DNA of 50,870 nucleotides from an uncultured Candidatus Saccharibacteria bacterium (lineage in GTDB: Bacteria; Patescibacteriota; Minisyncoccia; Phycocordibacterales; JAKAEA01): positions 1 through 50,870 of the forward strand of contig CAZNZK010000002.1 in assembly GCA_964577595.1 (NCBI GenBank). The letters run 5' to 3'. This document shows positions 7,716 through 17,766 of this stretch, piece after piece. The notes under the pieces are model-generated. The model saw only the letters and a program-made list of their open reading frames with translations. It searched no databases and was not told the origin of the DNA. Positions within the stretch are counted from its first letter, which is position 1. Every line of letters starts with the position of its first letter. Position numbers and translations under genes: made by a program.

Positions 7716-9722
7716 TTAGAAGGTCGGAGTAATGGCGCCGCTCTTGAAGTTATCGAGACCCCAAGTTTGGACACTGCTGACATTACCACCAATCGGGTTC
7801 TGAACCGTAGTGGAAGCACCAACCAAGTAGAACTGGTAGGTGAGACCGCTGGTCGGAAGAATAGAAGCGCTGGTAACGCTGTTTGCAGTAGCGTTAATAA
7901 CGATAGTATACGTCTGACCTGTGGACAACGGGGCAGAGCTGGAAGACGGTTGCGGAGTGATCGAAGTGATCGAAAGCGTTGACGTCGCAAGGTGCGTCTT
8001 GGCGTTAGCCAAAGAAGTACCGAGGCCGACAGTAAAGTCGGAAGCAACCGGCTGAACCATCTGACCACCCTTCGGAGTTACCGTAACAGTGATCTGGCCG
8101 TTAACAGTAGTGGCCTGACCGCTATAGCTGCCGCCGCTCAAGCTGGCAGAGCCAGTGACGAAGGCGAGCTGGGGTGTAGCAGTGAAGAAGTACTGAGCAT
8201 TACCAGTCAAGCTTGGAGAAGCGTTATAGATCTGGCCAGTTGTACTCTGGTAAGTAACACCTGTTACCGCGAGAGTAACTGTGGACGTACCAACACCCTT
8301 GTTAGTAGTGTCGAACGCCGGAACGCTTACCTCAAGAACGTACGGCTGGGTTGTACCCGAGGCGACAGTAACGTTGTTGAGATTGTTGAATGTAACAGGG
8401 TTGTTACCACTCAAGCTTTGAGAAGCAATGGCTGTGCCGTTCTGAACGAGAGTAACCGTGGAAGCGGCGACAGCATCACCAGTAGCTACCAATGTCGGCT
8501 GAACAGTAATGCTTTGGATTTGAGCATTAGCGTTAGTGGCCTGGGCATTGAAGACAAGAACGGGGACGTTCTGAGCACCGGTGTTTGTATCAACGTAGGT
8601 TGATTGAGACAACGGGTTAGAAGAATCAATACCAAAGGTTACTGTGGTATTGCCCGGCTTGGTGAAGGTTTGGTTGCGAGCAAACGTGGTTGAGTATGTA
8701 CCACCACGGATGTCGTAGTAGTCAGTCACACCAGCGCTAGTTGTTTGAAGACCAGTTGAACCAAAGCCATTAATGACGAGGGTGCGGCTGGTATCAATGC
8801 CACCGTTAGTGCTGAAGCTGACGGTCATAACTTTCGTCTGGCCATTGGGCACAGAGAAATTGAAGCCGGACAAGCGGATGTAGTAATCGCTCGAGGTTGT
8901 ACCTTGAACGAAGTTACCCGTGTTTACGTTCCAAGAACCGAGGACAGTGGAACCATCCCAGAGCTTGATATTGTTGATGAAGTTACCCGGATTCTCAATG
9001 TAAGGAGAGCCGGCGTTAACAGTGTCAGCGACATCGAGGTCGAGGCGCTGAACGCTAACATCGCCGATCTGAGCCTGAGCCTGGAGACCCCAAACAGGAA
9101 CATCAATATTCTGTTGAATATTGGTCTGATTGGAAGGTGTGCCAGAAAGAGTCAGAGTAAGCGTGCCTTCGTTGCTTGTTGAGCTTGAGCTAACAGCAGG
9201 TGTGCAAGTATAACCAACTGGGCAGCTGGTAGCAGTACCAGTTGTGGTCGTAGTGGTTGTAGTTGTACCGCAAGGAGCAGCAGTGGTGGAGCTGAACAAA
9301 GCACCTGGTACGCAACCAGGAACAGTGCTTGTGCCTACGCACGGAGCAGCTGTCATGCTGTTAAATAGAGCGCCAGCTGGGCAACCAGGAGTATTCGTGG
9401 TTGTCGTAGTGGTCGTTGTCACAGAACCGCCAATGGCAGCGCGAGACATCGGACCAAAGAAACCGGTTGAAGGAAGACCAACGCTAGCTTGCCAAGCGGC
9501 AACAGCGGCTTTCGTGAGAGAGCCGAAGTAACCTGTAGGGGCAACGGTAAGGAAGCCCTTGGAGGCAAGGATTTGCTGAAGAGCGGTGACCTGAGCACCA
9601 GTAGAACCAACGGTGAGGTTGGAAGTAAAGGTGGTCTGGGCAGAGGCAGTCATAACAGCGACGCCAAGCGTCAAAACTGTTGCGACGCCGAGAGCTCCGG
9701 CGAAGATTTTGCTTTTAGACAT
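7716..9722 (-). CDS. Secreted peptidoglycan-binding / S-layer-like cell-surface protein
   Basis: Signal peptide; PG_binding_1-like LTVGSTGAQVTALQQIL...TGYFG.LTKAAV.AWQ; poly-Thr linkers; two C-x-x-GALF-x-S-x-TAAPC repeats; beta-rich remainder. Confidence 0.8.
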   Translation of the reverse strand: MSKSKIFAGALGVATVLTLGVAVMTASAQTTFTSNLTVGSTGAQVTALQQILASKGFLTVAPTGYFGSLTKAAVAAWQASVGLPSTGFFGPMSRAAIGGSVTTTTTTTTNTPGCPAGALFNSMTAAPCVGTSTVPGCVPGALFSSTTAAPCGTTTTTTTTTGTATSCPVGYTCTPAVSSSSTSNEGTLTLTLSGTPSNQTNIQQNIDVPVWGLQAQAQIGDVSVQRLDLDVADTVNAGSPYIENPGNFINNIKLWDGSTVLGSWNVNTGNFVQGTTSSDYYIRLSGFNFSVPNGQTKVMTVSFSTNGGIDTSRTLVINGFGSTGLQTTSAGVTDYYDIRGGTYSTTFARNQTFTKPGNTTVTFGIDSSNPLSQSTYVDTNTGAQNVPVLVFNAQATNANAQIQSITVQPTLVATGDAVAASTVTLVQNGTAIASQSLSGNNPVTFNNLNNVTVASGTTQPYVLEVSVPAFDTTNKGVGTSTVTLAVTGVTYQSTTGQIYNASPSLTGNAQYFFTATPQLAFVTGSASLSGGSYSGQATTVNGQITVTVTPKGGQMVQPVASDFTVGLGTSLANAKTHLATSTLSITSITPQPSSSSAPLSTGQTYTIVINATANSVTSASILPTSGLTYQFYLVGASTTVQNPIGGNVSSVQTWGLDNFKSGAITPTF

Positions 9723-10258
9723 AGTAAGAATTTATTAGTAAGAATTATTTATAATAACCGCAAACATGCGACTAAATTGGCTTTGACATCAATAAATCTT
9801 AATCGACATTAAGAAAGACCGATGTTGACTAAATGCCCCTGAAGCCAAAAAAGGAGCGTTTAGTTTTTTGCACTAAATTTCATCTTTTGTTTATCGACAC
9901 AAGATGAAAAATAGTTAGTGAGATTGGGCCTGCTTTTCAGAGTTTCGTTCGTAACAGGACAAAGCGGAAAATTTCAGGATTGAATCGCTGTAAAGAATCC
10001 TATGTAGTTTTCAAATTGCTTTCCTTACAGAATACCGTCGGAATGCAAAAGCCGCCAGAATTCAGACTGTCGGCAGTATAACGCAACGGAATCACCAAGA
10101 AAACACGGTAATACAAGGTTTCTGGGGATAACTCCGTTACGTGGCCATACTCCCATATATATGGGCGAAAGTCAATAACGACCCAAAAACCTGTCCTCTG
10201 TAGAAAATACGTTTCCACAGGAACAAAAGTAACTCATTAAAATCGGCTTTTTCAACAG

Positions 10259-10999
10259 CTATACCAATATATAAGTACTCCAACGGCGATCGCCTATTCT
10301 CTTGATTATTCCCTGCCCTATAAGGCGATTTATTTCCCGCTGGATGGTCTTTTCACTGACTTCGGGGAACAAAGAAGCAATGTCCTTTACATTTCTCGGC
10401 TTGAAATCTCGCAAAAGTCCCTTTATCTTGCTTACTCTCTCTTGGTTATTGTCTTTTGTCGTGTCTTTAATAATGTCTTTTAGATTGTCCTTTATTGCGT
10501 CCTTAATGGGGACATTTGTGTCTTTTATAACTACGGGCGGCACAAGGGATGCCGGGTTTTTTTCTAGCAGAGTTAAAAATGAGTTTTGGGGGTTGGTTGT
10601 GTTCCTATATTTTTGATCTAATTGCGAGATTAGATTAACACTGGCACGAATCTCTTTTTGGATAACAGAGGAATTCATCTGCGACAACAGGCCCGACCAA
10701 AATGCATTGTCTAAATAGGCATACAAAACAGTCAAACTAAGAGACACGTCCTTAAGCTTTTGGGTTGTGATAGTTGGATTTGCCACAAGTAGTGAGCACT
10801 CCTTAAAGGACAGTATGGCCGATTCTTGGATTGTCCTTTTAATAAGAACATTCTCTTCGATGAGACGGGTAACGAGAAAAATGGCCCCACATATCCTTTC
10901 TATCTTCTGATAGAGGAATAGGACTTCTTGGTCGTTGTGGAAAAAAGAGATGTTGTAAAAGACATTGTCCTTTAGGTTCTGATTTTTTTCTGATGTCAT
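10259..10999 (-). CDS. Hypothetical protein: helical N-terminal domain, KD-repeat linker, C-terminal DeoR-like winged helix
   Basis: C-terminal VKDIASLFPEVSEKTIQREI..L...G.I...G.RRW is a wHTH pattern; divergent from ftsK. Confidence 0.7.
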   Translation of the reverse strand: MTSEKNQNLKDNVFYNISFFHNDQEVLFLYQKIERICGAIFLVTRLIEENVLIKRTIQESAILSFKECSLLVANPTITTQKLKDVSLSLTVLYAYLDNAFWSGLLSQMNSSVIQKEIRASVNLISQLDQKYRNTTNPQNSFLTLLEKNPASLVPPVVIKDTNVPIKDAIKDNLKDIIKDTTKDNNQERVSKIKGLLRDFKPRNVKDIASLFPEVSEKTIQREINRLIGQGIIKRIGDRRWSTYILV

Positions 11000-11043
11000 A
11001 AAACCTGTCTTTTGTGAATTAAAATAATGTCTTTAATGTCCTT
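10381..11043. repeat. Array of TGTC(C/T)TT heptamers, including a run at 12-bp spacing
   Basis: Forward copies at 10381, 10450, 10462, 10474, 10486, (10498, one mismatch), 10519, 10832, 10966, 11006, 11028, 11037; reverse copies at 10806 and 10958. Confidence 0.8.
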
Positions 11044-11119
11044 TACATGCTACTGCCATGCATAGAGCTTGTCAAAAACTTTTTCTCTCTACTTGTGGTA
11101 TAATTTTCACCAAGAAACA

Positions 11120-13375
11120 ATGAAAAAACAGAGAAAAACGCGTTCTGAAAAAGATGATGATTTCTTCGGAGACTCTGCCACCGGCCTCCAACAAGAGACG
11201 CTAAAAATTGTGTACGCTATTGTCTGTTTTATAGTGAGCATCTTTTTCATTCTCTCTGCCATAGGCAAGGCTGGGCCAGTCGGCGACACTTCATATACTG
11301 GCCTTAAATTTCTCTCTGGTATTGGCTACTTCCTTCTGCCTATATTTTCTTTTTTCACGGGCATTATTTTTCTCAGCTCCCTGCACCGTCAAAAAATTGG
11401 CTGGATACGTATTGTTACGTTTTTTATAAGCATCGTGGCTTTCCTGGGAATCATCGGAGTAATTTTTAAGAGCGCGCCAGTAGACCAAGCAGGCGGCTTC
11501 ATTGGTTCCATTATCGCCGGTCCACTCGTCCACTTTTTTGACGTGTGGGCTTCTTTGGTTTTTCTGGTAGGTATCGCTTTTATTTCTCTCGTAGTAACCG
11601 TTGACAACCGCATCAGCTGGAAGCGACTTTTGTTCTGGAAAAAATACACCGAGGAAGAGAAGGATGAGGAGGGTTTTATTCTTGACAATCCTGCCCTAGA
11701 ATCTAAAGGACTTGCGGCAGCAACCCTAAAAAAGGGGGCGGTTTTAAGCGAGGAGAATGATGCTCAAAAACCCCTTCCTGAAAAAGCGCCTAGAATAATC
11801 AACCCGGAAAAAAGCTCCGGGGAAGAGTTTGCTGTTAGTAGTCGAAAATTCCTGGGTAAGGTATTCACTCCTCCACCTCTTTCCCTACTTGAAGAAGACC
11901 GTGGTAAGCCGGGTGTCGGGGACATTAAAGCTAATGCCAACATCATTAAGCGTAGCCTACAAAACTTCGGTATTAGTGTAGAAATGGATGAAATCTCCAT
12001 TGGTCCTTCAGTAACCCGCTACGCTCTTAAACCGGCCGAGGGCGTTAAGCTTTCACGCATTGTCGGCCTCCAGAACGACCTGGCTCTGGCTTTAGCGGCC
12101 CACCCAATCCGCATTGAAGCACCGATTCCCGGCAAATCACTGGTAGGTATCGAAATCCCAAATAGTTCCAAAACTACGGTGGGCCTAGGAACACTCCTTT
12201 CTGCCGAAGAATTTCAAACGTCGGAAAAGCCGCTCTTGGTTGCTCTCGGCCGGGGCATTTCCGGAAAAAGTCACTTTGCTAACCTAGCAAAAATGCCCCA
12301 CCTTCTCATCGCTGGGGCCACGGGTTCAGGAAAATCAGTGACTATTCATGCAATTCTCACCTCACTCCTCTATCGCAACTCACCTGAAAACCTGAAATTC
12401 ATCATGATTGACCCGAAACGAGTAGAGTTAACGATGTACAACAATATCCCCCACCTTCTAACGCCAGTTATCACTGACCCGAAAAAAGCCATTCTCGCTC
12501 TGAAGTGGGCAGGTAAAGAAATGGATCGCCGCTACGATATCCTTGAAACGGAAAAAGTGCGCGACATAGAGTCGTACCACAAAAACATCGTCAGCCCGGC
12601 CCTCAAAAAAATCAAAGATCCCGCCGACGAAGAGGCTGAGCTCTTACCAGAAACAATGCCCTATATTGTTGTTGTCATTGACGAATTAGCCGACCTCATG
12701 CAGGCCTACCCGCGTGAATTAGAATCGGCTGTGGTGCGCCTCGCCCAAATGAGCCGCGCCGTGGGTATTCATCTCATCCTTTCCACCCAGCGCCCATCAG
12801 TCAATGTTATTACCGGCCTTATTAAAGCCAATATCCCCTCACGCATCGCCCTGCAAGTAACCTCACAAATTGATTCGCGCACCATTTTGGACACTGGTGG
12901 CGCGGAAAAACTCCTCGGTGCTGGTGACATGCTCTTTATGTCGGGCGAAATGGCCAAGCCAAGCCGCATTCAGTCGGCCTATATTTCAGAGCGAGAACTT
13001 AAAGACGTGGTGAGTTATTTTGTTGACACCTACAGCGACGTGCCACCCTCCGACATCAACCTGACTGAAACAGCAACAGATAAAAACGCCATTTTTGACG
13101 CAACGTTCGGCAGTAGTAACGATGATGACAGCGACCCACTCTACGATGAGGCCCGGGAGGCCGTTGTTGCCGCTGGTAAGGCCTCCACTTCCTACCTTCA
13201 ACGCAAACTCCGCGTGGGCTACGCTCGTGCCGCCCGCCTGATTGACCTCCTTGAAGAAAACGGCGTTATCGGCCCTGGCGATGGTGCTAGACCACGAGAA
13301 GTTCTTGGTGGCAACGAAACTCCGGTCGCCCCTGCCGCCGAAGCAGCCGAGGAAGTAGTATCCGACCCGGCATAA
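11120..13375 (+). CDS. ftsK: DNA translocase FtsK/SpoIIIE
   Basis: N-terminal TM helices; PHLLIAGATGSGKS Walker A; IDELADLM; LSTQRPSVNVITGLIKAN; gamma domain LQRKLRVGYARAARLID. Extended -10 TGGTATAAT at 11095-11103 supports the 11120 start. Confidence 0.97.
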   Translation: MKKQRKTRSEKDDDFFGDSATGLQQETLKIVYAIVCFIVSIFFILSAIGKAGPVGDTSYTGLKFLSGIGYFLLPIFSFFTGIIFLSSLHRQKIGWIRIVTFFISIVAFLGIIGVIFKSAPVDQAGGFIGSIIAGPLVHFFDVWASLVFLVGIAFISLVVTVDNRISWKRLLFWKKYTEEEKDEEGFILDNPALESKGLAAATLKKGAVLSEENDAQKPLPEKAPRIINPEKSSGEEFAVSSRKFLGKVFTPPPLSLLEEDRGKPGVGDIKANANIIKRSLQNFGISVEMDEISIGPSVTRYALKPAEGVKLSRIVGLQNDLALALAAHPIRIEAPIPGKSLVGIEIPNSSKTTVGLGTLLSAEEFQTSEKPLLVALGRGISGKSHFANLAKMPHLLIAGATGSGKSVTIHAILTSLLYRNSPENLKFIMIDPKRVELTMYNNIPHLLTPVITDPKKAILALKWAGKEMDRRYDILETEKVRDIESYHKNIVSPALKKIKDPADEEAELLPETMPYIVVVIDELADLMQAYPRELESAVVRLAQMSRAVGIHLILSTQRPSVNVITGLIKANIPSRIALQVTSQIDSRTILDTGGAEKLLGAGDMLFMSGEMAKPSRIQSAYISERELKDVVSYFVDTYSDVPPSDINLTETATDKNAIFDATFGSSNDDDSDPLYDEAREAVVAAGKASTSYLQRKLRVGYARAARLIDLLEENGVIGPGDGARPREVLGGNETPVAPAAEAAEEVVSDPA

Positions 13376-13378
13376 TTC

Positions 13379-13735
13379 ATGACTATCCACCCCCACAAAA
13401 AGAAAATTGCTTGGGTATCCGGCTTTCTGATAGGCATAGCCTTTTTAGGATATGGCCTTTTTCAATCGCGAAACATTATTATGGGACCACAGATTTCCCT
13501 TGTCACGCCCACTGACGGCTCTTCATTGACCAATTCGCTTGTCACTATCTCAGGAAAAGCCCGCAACATCTCGTTTATTAGTTTGAATGACCGGCCCATA
13601 TTCGTTGACCAGCAGGGCAATTTTAACGAGGAACTAGTTCTTTCCCCCGGTTATAATAGCTGGACGCTCCGCGCCAAGGATAAATTTGGCCGAACAGTTT
13701 CCAAGCAATTTGGTCTAGTCTTAAGAAATTCTTAA
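13379..13735 (+). CDS. Small membrane-anchored Ig-like hypothetical protein
   Basis: One TM segment then P.I....P.DG....V.ISG.A.N.....LND.....D..G.F...L.L.PG.N beta-sandwich pattern. Confidence 0.6.
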   Translation: MTIHPHKKKIAWVSGFLIGIAFLGYGLFQSRNIIMGPQISLVTPTDGSSLTNSLVTISGKARNISFISLNDRPIFVDQQGNFNEELVLSPGYNSWTLRAKDKFGRTVSKQFGLVLRNS

Positions 13736-13759
13736 GCTTTTATTGATGAGAATTTTAAC
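13720..13759 (+). repeat. Dispersed intergenic repeat, copy C (partial)
   Basis: ATTGATGAGAATTTTAAC is the reverse complement of the first 18 nt of copy B; CTTAAGAAATTCTT also matches copy E with one mismatch. Confidence 0.65.
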
Positions 13760-13848
13760 CGAGTTGTTGTAGGATTGGGCCCAGTGTATACTGCGAGCGT
13801 CCCGCACTCCCCTATACCCCAAGATTTATTAATATAATATATACAACA

Positions 13849-14898
13849 ATGCCTAAACACAAAAAAGAACCGGCAGAGAAAAAAGAGATGGGCGCGGCCA
13901 TCAGCCAAGCTATTGACCAAATAAAGACAAAATTTGGCGAGGAAGCCATTATGACCCTCGGCTCCAAACCGCACGTTGATATTGACTCTATCTCTACCGG
14001 ATCCATCGGTCTTGATGCGGCTCTCGGCATCGGCGGCCTACCCCGCGGCCGCATTGTGGAGATTTTCGGCCCGGAATCGTCGGGTAAAACCACTCTTGCC
14101 CTACACGTTATCGCCGAAGCCCAAAAAAAGGGTGGTGTCTGCGCCTATATTGACGCCGAGCACGCCATGGACCCAGAGTATGCCGGTAAGCTTGGCGTAA
14201 AAATCAACGACCTCCTTATTTCCCAACCGGATACCGGTGAGCAGGGATTGGAAATCACCGATAGCTTGGTGCGCACGGGTAAGCTTGACGTTATTGTTAT
14301 TGACTCCGTTGCCGCCCTTACACCCAAGGATGAAATAGAGGGTGAAATGGGGGCCTTTCACGTGGGCAAGCAGGCCCGGCTCATGTCACAAGCCCTTCGC
14401 AAGCTCACCAGCATCGTAGCCCGCTCTAAAACCATCGTTATCTTTATCAACCAAATCCGCATGCAAATAGGCGTAATGTTTGGCAACCCTGAAACCACGC
14501 CCGGTGGCAAAGCCTTGAAGTTTTACACTTCTGTTCGCTTGGATATCCGCCGCATCGCCCAAATCAAAAAGGGCGAAGAGGTGGTTGGCGGCCGGGTGCG
14601 CGTGAAAGTCGTTAAAAACAAAGTGGCCGCGCCATTCAAACAAACGGAATTTGACCTTATCTATAATGAGGGTATCTCTCAACAAGGTGAAGTGCTCGCT
14701 CTCGGAGAAAAAATGGGCTTCATAAAGAAAAGCGGTTCTTCCTATGAGTACGGAGACATCAAACTCGGCCGTGGCTACGATGCCAGCCGCACCTTTCTAC
14801 GCGAAAATCCAAAAGTGCAAGATGAACTTCTGGCAAAAATCCGTGAAGGCCTTAAAGCCGACTCCTCCGTGGCAGTTCATGGTGGTAGCGACGAATAG
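13849..14898 (+). CDS. recA: Recombinase RecA
   Basis: [42 protein letters not shown]. Confidence 0.99.
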   Translation: MPKHKKEPAEKKEMGAAISQAIDQIKTKFGEEAIMTLGSKPHVDIDSISTGSIGLDAALGIGGLPRGRIVEIFGPESSGKTTLALHVIAEAQKKGGVCAYIDAEHAMDPEYAGKLGVKINDLLISQPDTGEQGLEITDSLVRTGKLDVIVIDSVAALTPKDEIEGEMGAFHVGKQARLMSQALRKLTSIVARSKTIVIFINQIRMQIGVMFGNPETTPGGKALKFYTSVRLDIRRIAQIKKGEEVVGGRVRVKVVKNKVAAPFKQTEFDLIYNEGISQQGEVLALGEKMGFIKKSGSSYEYGDIKLGRGYDASRTFLRENPKVQDELLAKIREGLKADSSVAVHGGSDE

Positions 14899-14957
14899 TA
14901 TAGGATTCCTTTCTCTGGTTGCCTTTTAGACGGAATTCCCGTACACTTTGTTTTACT

Positions 14958-15536
14958 ATGCTTGAATACAGCGAAATCACCGCAAAAAAGTTTATTATTT
15001 ACGAGGGCGACCCCTACGAAGTTATTGACTCGCACGTTTTCCGTAAACAACAGCGTAAGCCGGTCAACGCCACCAAGCTCCGCAACCTTATCACGGGCAA
15101 CATTAAGGAAATCTCCTTTCACCAATCGGAGAAGGTAGATGAGGCGGAAATTGATAAGAAAGAGATGAAATACCTTTACACTAACAAGGGCGAACACTGG
15201 TTTTGCGATGCCAACGACCCTTCCAAGCGTTTTCCTATTAGCGAGGCGCTCGTGGGCACTAAAGTGCGCTTTCTTAAAGCAAAAGACCTCGTTACAGCCC
15301 TCATGTTTGGCGAGCGTATCCTCGGCGTGGAAATTCCCATTAAGGTCGACCTAAAAGTGGTTGAGGCCCCGCCAGCCGTAAAGGGCGACACCGCCAAGGG
15401 CGGCTCCAAGCAAATTAAACTAGAGAACGGGACTGTTATAAATGCCCCGCTCTTCATTGAAGAAGGCGAGGTTATCCGTATCAACACAGAAACAGGAGAA
15501 TACGCAGAGCGCGCCGGTACAGGCAAGGCCTTCTAG
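14958..15536 (+). CDS. efp: Elongation factor P
   Basis: YLY..G....F.D, P..V.LKVVEAPPAVKGDTA, LENG..I..PLFIEEGE.IRINTETGEY. Start placed at MLEYSE. Confidence 0.95.
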   Translation: MLEYSEITAKKFIIYEGDPYEVIDSHVFRKQQRKPVNATKLRNLITGNIKEISFHQSEKVDEAEIDKKEMKYLYTNKGEHWFCDANDPSKRFPISEALVGTKVRFLKAKDLVTALMFGERILGVEIPIKVDLKVVEAPPAVKGDTAKGGSKQIKLENGTVINAPLFIEEGEVIRINTETGEYAERAGTGKAF

Positions 15537-15553
15537 AGAAAAAATGAGATAAG

Positions 15554-15585
15554 AAAAAAATCCCCAACCTCACAGGGGATTTTTT
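15554..15585. terminator. Bidirectional terminator between efp and rpsR
   Basis: A7-TCCCC-9 nt loop-GGGGA-T6 between convergent genes. Confidence 0.8.
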
Positions 15586-15605
15586 CTTTGCATACTACTT
15601 TTATT

Positions 15606-15812
15606 TTACCGAGAAGTATAGGGCAGGAGGCCGAGAAAACGAGCGTATTTAACCGCAGTACTTACCTGGCGCTGATCTTTGGCGCTAACGCCAGTGCGGC
15701 GACTACCAAGAATGCGGCCGTGCGGATTAAGAAACTTCTTAAGAAGCTCGACGTCTTTGTAATCAACGCGCTTGATATTGTTTTGGGAAAAATATGATTG
15801 TTTATTGGCCAT
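15606..15812 (-). CDS. rpsR: 30S ribosomal protein S18 (no Zn-binding cysteines)
   Basis: [13 protein letters not shown]...GRIL..RRTG...K.QR....AVK.AR.LGLLPY. Confidence 0.97.
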   Translation of the reverse strand: MANKQSYFSQNNIKRVDYKDVELLKKFLNPHGRILGSRRTGVSAKDQRQVSTAVKYARFLGLLPYTSR

Positions 15813-15824
15813 AGAATTATGCTC

Positions 15825-16307
15825 TTAGAAAGGAATGTCGTCGGGATTGATTTCTTCCGTAGGGTACTCGATAGTATCGGGCTTGTCAACCGCTTGGGCG
15901 TTAGCCGCGGCTTCAGCCATTGCAGCCGACTCCCCTTTGCCGCCCTGAGCACCACCGCCTGGGCCACCGGAAGTGGCGCCGGCACGCGGACCAAATTGTA
16001 CGCGATCAGCGACGATTTCCGTGCGATATTTCTTCTGGCCATCTTTTGCATCCCACGAACGAGTCTGCATTCTGCCCTCTACCAAAACAGAAGAACCTTT
16101 TTTGAGGTATTGGGAGACAATTTCCGCCTGACGCCCAAAAACAACAACATTATGAAAGTCGGCGGATTCCTGACGAGCACCATTTTTATCCTTATAAACG
16201 CGATTAGTGGCTACGCTGAAACTGGCAACCTGGATACCAGATGGGAGAGAACGCATTTCTGGATCGCGAGTAAGGTTGCCGATAATAAATGCTTTATTGA
16301 GATACAT
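15825..16307 (-). CDS. ssb: Single-stranded DNA-binding protein
   Basis: LNKAFIIGNLTRDPEMR; acidic C-terminus DDIPF. Confidence 0.98.
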   Translation of the reverse strand: MYLNKAFIIGNLTRDPEMRSLPSGIQVASFSVATNRVYKDKNGARQESADFHNVVVFGRQAEIVSQYLKKGSSVLVEGRMQTRSWDAKDGQKKYRTEIVADRVQFGPRAGATSGGPGGGAQGGKGESAAMAEAAANAQAVDKPDTIEYPTEEINPDDIPF

Positions 16308-16352
16308 AGGTTGATAAATTAATTACTTAGATATAAGAGCAAGCAACTCTAC

Positions 16353-16865
16353 CTAGATTACCAAACGTTCCAAGGTTTTATCAAGCTCAGCTTCGTCCAA
16401 AGGCTTTTTATCGAGCTTTTTTGCTACTTCTGGGGTAGTTTCAGGCGTTAAATGCTGGCTGGCCGAGGAACTCTCAGCAACAACCGTTTTAAGGTGGGCG
16501 CGAGGAGCGCTTTGCGGCTCATCTTTGACTGTTTTCACAATCATAAAGCGTAAAAATTGCTCATGTTCGTGGCAAAAACGATTAATGAATTCAACGGCGG
16601 TAGCTTCGGCAGTAAACTTTATCCAACCAAAATAGGCCTTATCAAATTTCTTCTTTTGACCGGAAGCACCGTGCACCATGGAATAAGCCAAGGGAATGAG
16701 CTTTGGTGAATCTTCTGAGACGATTTCCGCTTCAGCCTTCGTAATAGCGCTTTTTATTGCCTCTACCTCAGCCGCAACGTGATCTTCGGCAATAGAGGAA
16801 ACTAGCAGATAGCCGAGCTCGTAGAGCTTCTTGCTGTTGGTGTCGGTGGCCTCTTTTTTCGTCAT
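16353..16865 (-). CDS. rpsF: 30S ribosomal protein S6 with C-terminal extension
   Basis: YELGYLL, PLAYS......AYFGWIKF, LRFMIVK; rpsF-ssb-rpsR order. Start placed at MTKKEA. Confidence 0.9.
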   Translation of the reverse strand: MTKKEATDTNSKKLYELGYLLVSSIAEDHVAAEVEAIKSAITKAEAEIVSEDSPKLIPLAYSMVHGASGQKKKFDKAYFGWIKFTAEATAVEFINRFCHEHEQFLRFMIVKTVKDEPQSAPRAHLKTVVAESSSASQHLTPETTPEVAKKLDKKPLDEAELDKTLERLVI

Positions 16866-16948
16866 AGTAGCCACAAGGGTACCACAGGCGGCGTATGAGT
16901 GCAAATGAAATGGCGCTACATCAACACCAAGAACTATATCAACAACCA

Positions 16949-16976
16949 GTTAAAATTCTCATCAATTTTTCTTAAA
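16949..16976 (-). repeat. Dispersed intergenic repeat, copy D
   Basis: 28/28 identical to 7561-7588; overlaps the tatD stop codon. Confidence 0.85.
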
Positions 16977-17756
16977 GAAAAGTTCAAAAGCGTTGTTCAC
17001 CAACGTTTTTTCAACAACGTCAAGAGCCACCTTCTTAATTAGGGCGATTTTTTCGGCCATTTCCCCCACATATAAGGGGCTATTTCGCCGACCACGCTCG
17101 CGGGCGGGCGCGGCATAGGGAGCATCGGTTTCAATCATTATTTTTTCAAGCGGCACAAAGGCAACAACTTCATCATACTGCTTCGTAAAGGTGATTGGCC
17201 CCGTAAACGACACGTAAAACCCAAGTTCAAGGCATTTTTTCGCCACATCCACCGGCGAGGTAAAAAAGTGGAAGTCGCCACGCAAGCGCTCACCGTATTC
17301 TTTTTTCTTTTCGGCGAGCAACCCCAGCACATCCTCATACGCATCGCGACAATGAATAATGAGCGGCTTATCAGCGGCCACAGCGAGTTCAACCTGGCGC
17401 AGAAAACCCTCTTTCTGTTTTTTCTTTTCGTCCTCTGTTAGCGGCCGGCTATAATCCAAACCACACTCGCCAATAGCCACAACTTTTTCTTTGCCAATAA
17501 TTTTCTTCAGTTCCGCAAAATCCCCTTCCGTAACCGCTCCGGCGTCTAACGGATGAAAACCAACCGCCGCCCACAAATTTTCATACTTTTCTGCCAACCA
17601 CACCGCCTGGCGTGATGTTTCCAAACCGGTGCCGACAGTAATAGTAGCTATGTTTTTAGCCACCATTTCGGCAATCACCGCTTCCCTATCCGCCTCAAAC
17701 TGCGGAAAATTCAGGTGGGAATGAACATCAAAATGACGAATGTTCTCGGGCTTCAT
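16962..17756 (-). CDS. tatD: TatD family deoxyribonuclease
   Basis: DVHSHL, GFHP, AIGECGLDY, IIHCRDA, ETDAPY. Start placed at MKPENI. Confidence 0.95.
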   Translation of the reverse strand: MKPENIRHFDVHSHLNFPQFEADREAVIAEMVAKNIATITVGTGLETSRQAVWLAEKYENLWAAVGFHPLDAGAVTEGDFAELKKIIGKEKVVAIGECGLDYSRPLTEDEKKKQKEGFLRQVELAVAADKPLIIHCRDAYEDVLGLLAEKKKEYGERLRGDFHFFTSPVDVAKKCLELGFYVSFTGPITFTKQYDEVVAFVPLEKIMIETDAPYAAPARERGRRNSPLYVGEMAEKIALIKKVALDVVEKTLVNNAFELFFKKN

Positions 17757-17766
17757 AAGGAGATGA

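Noticed and set aside
7694-9812. Several overlapping ORFs within the surface-protein gene (e.g. 7992-8603 +)
   Set aside because: Shadow frames of a strongly codon-biased gene; no motifs.
16962-16964. UGA recoding (genetic code 25)
   Set aside because: TGA ends full-length genes such as tatD and the ORF6N gene, and no conserved gene is interrupted by TGA.
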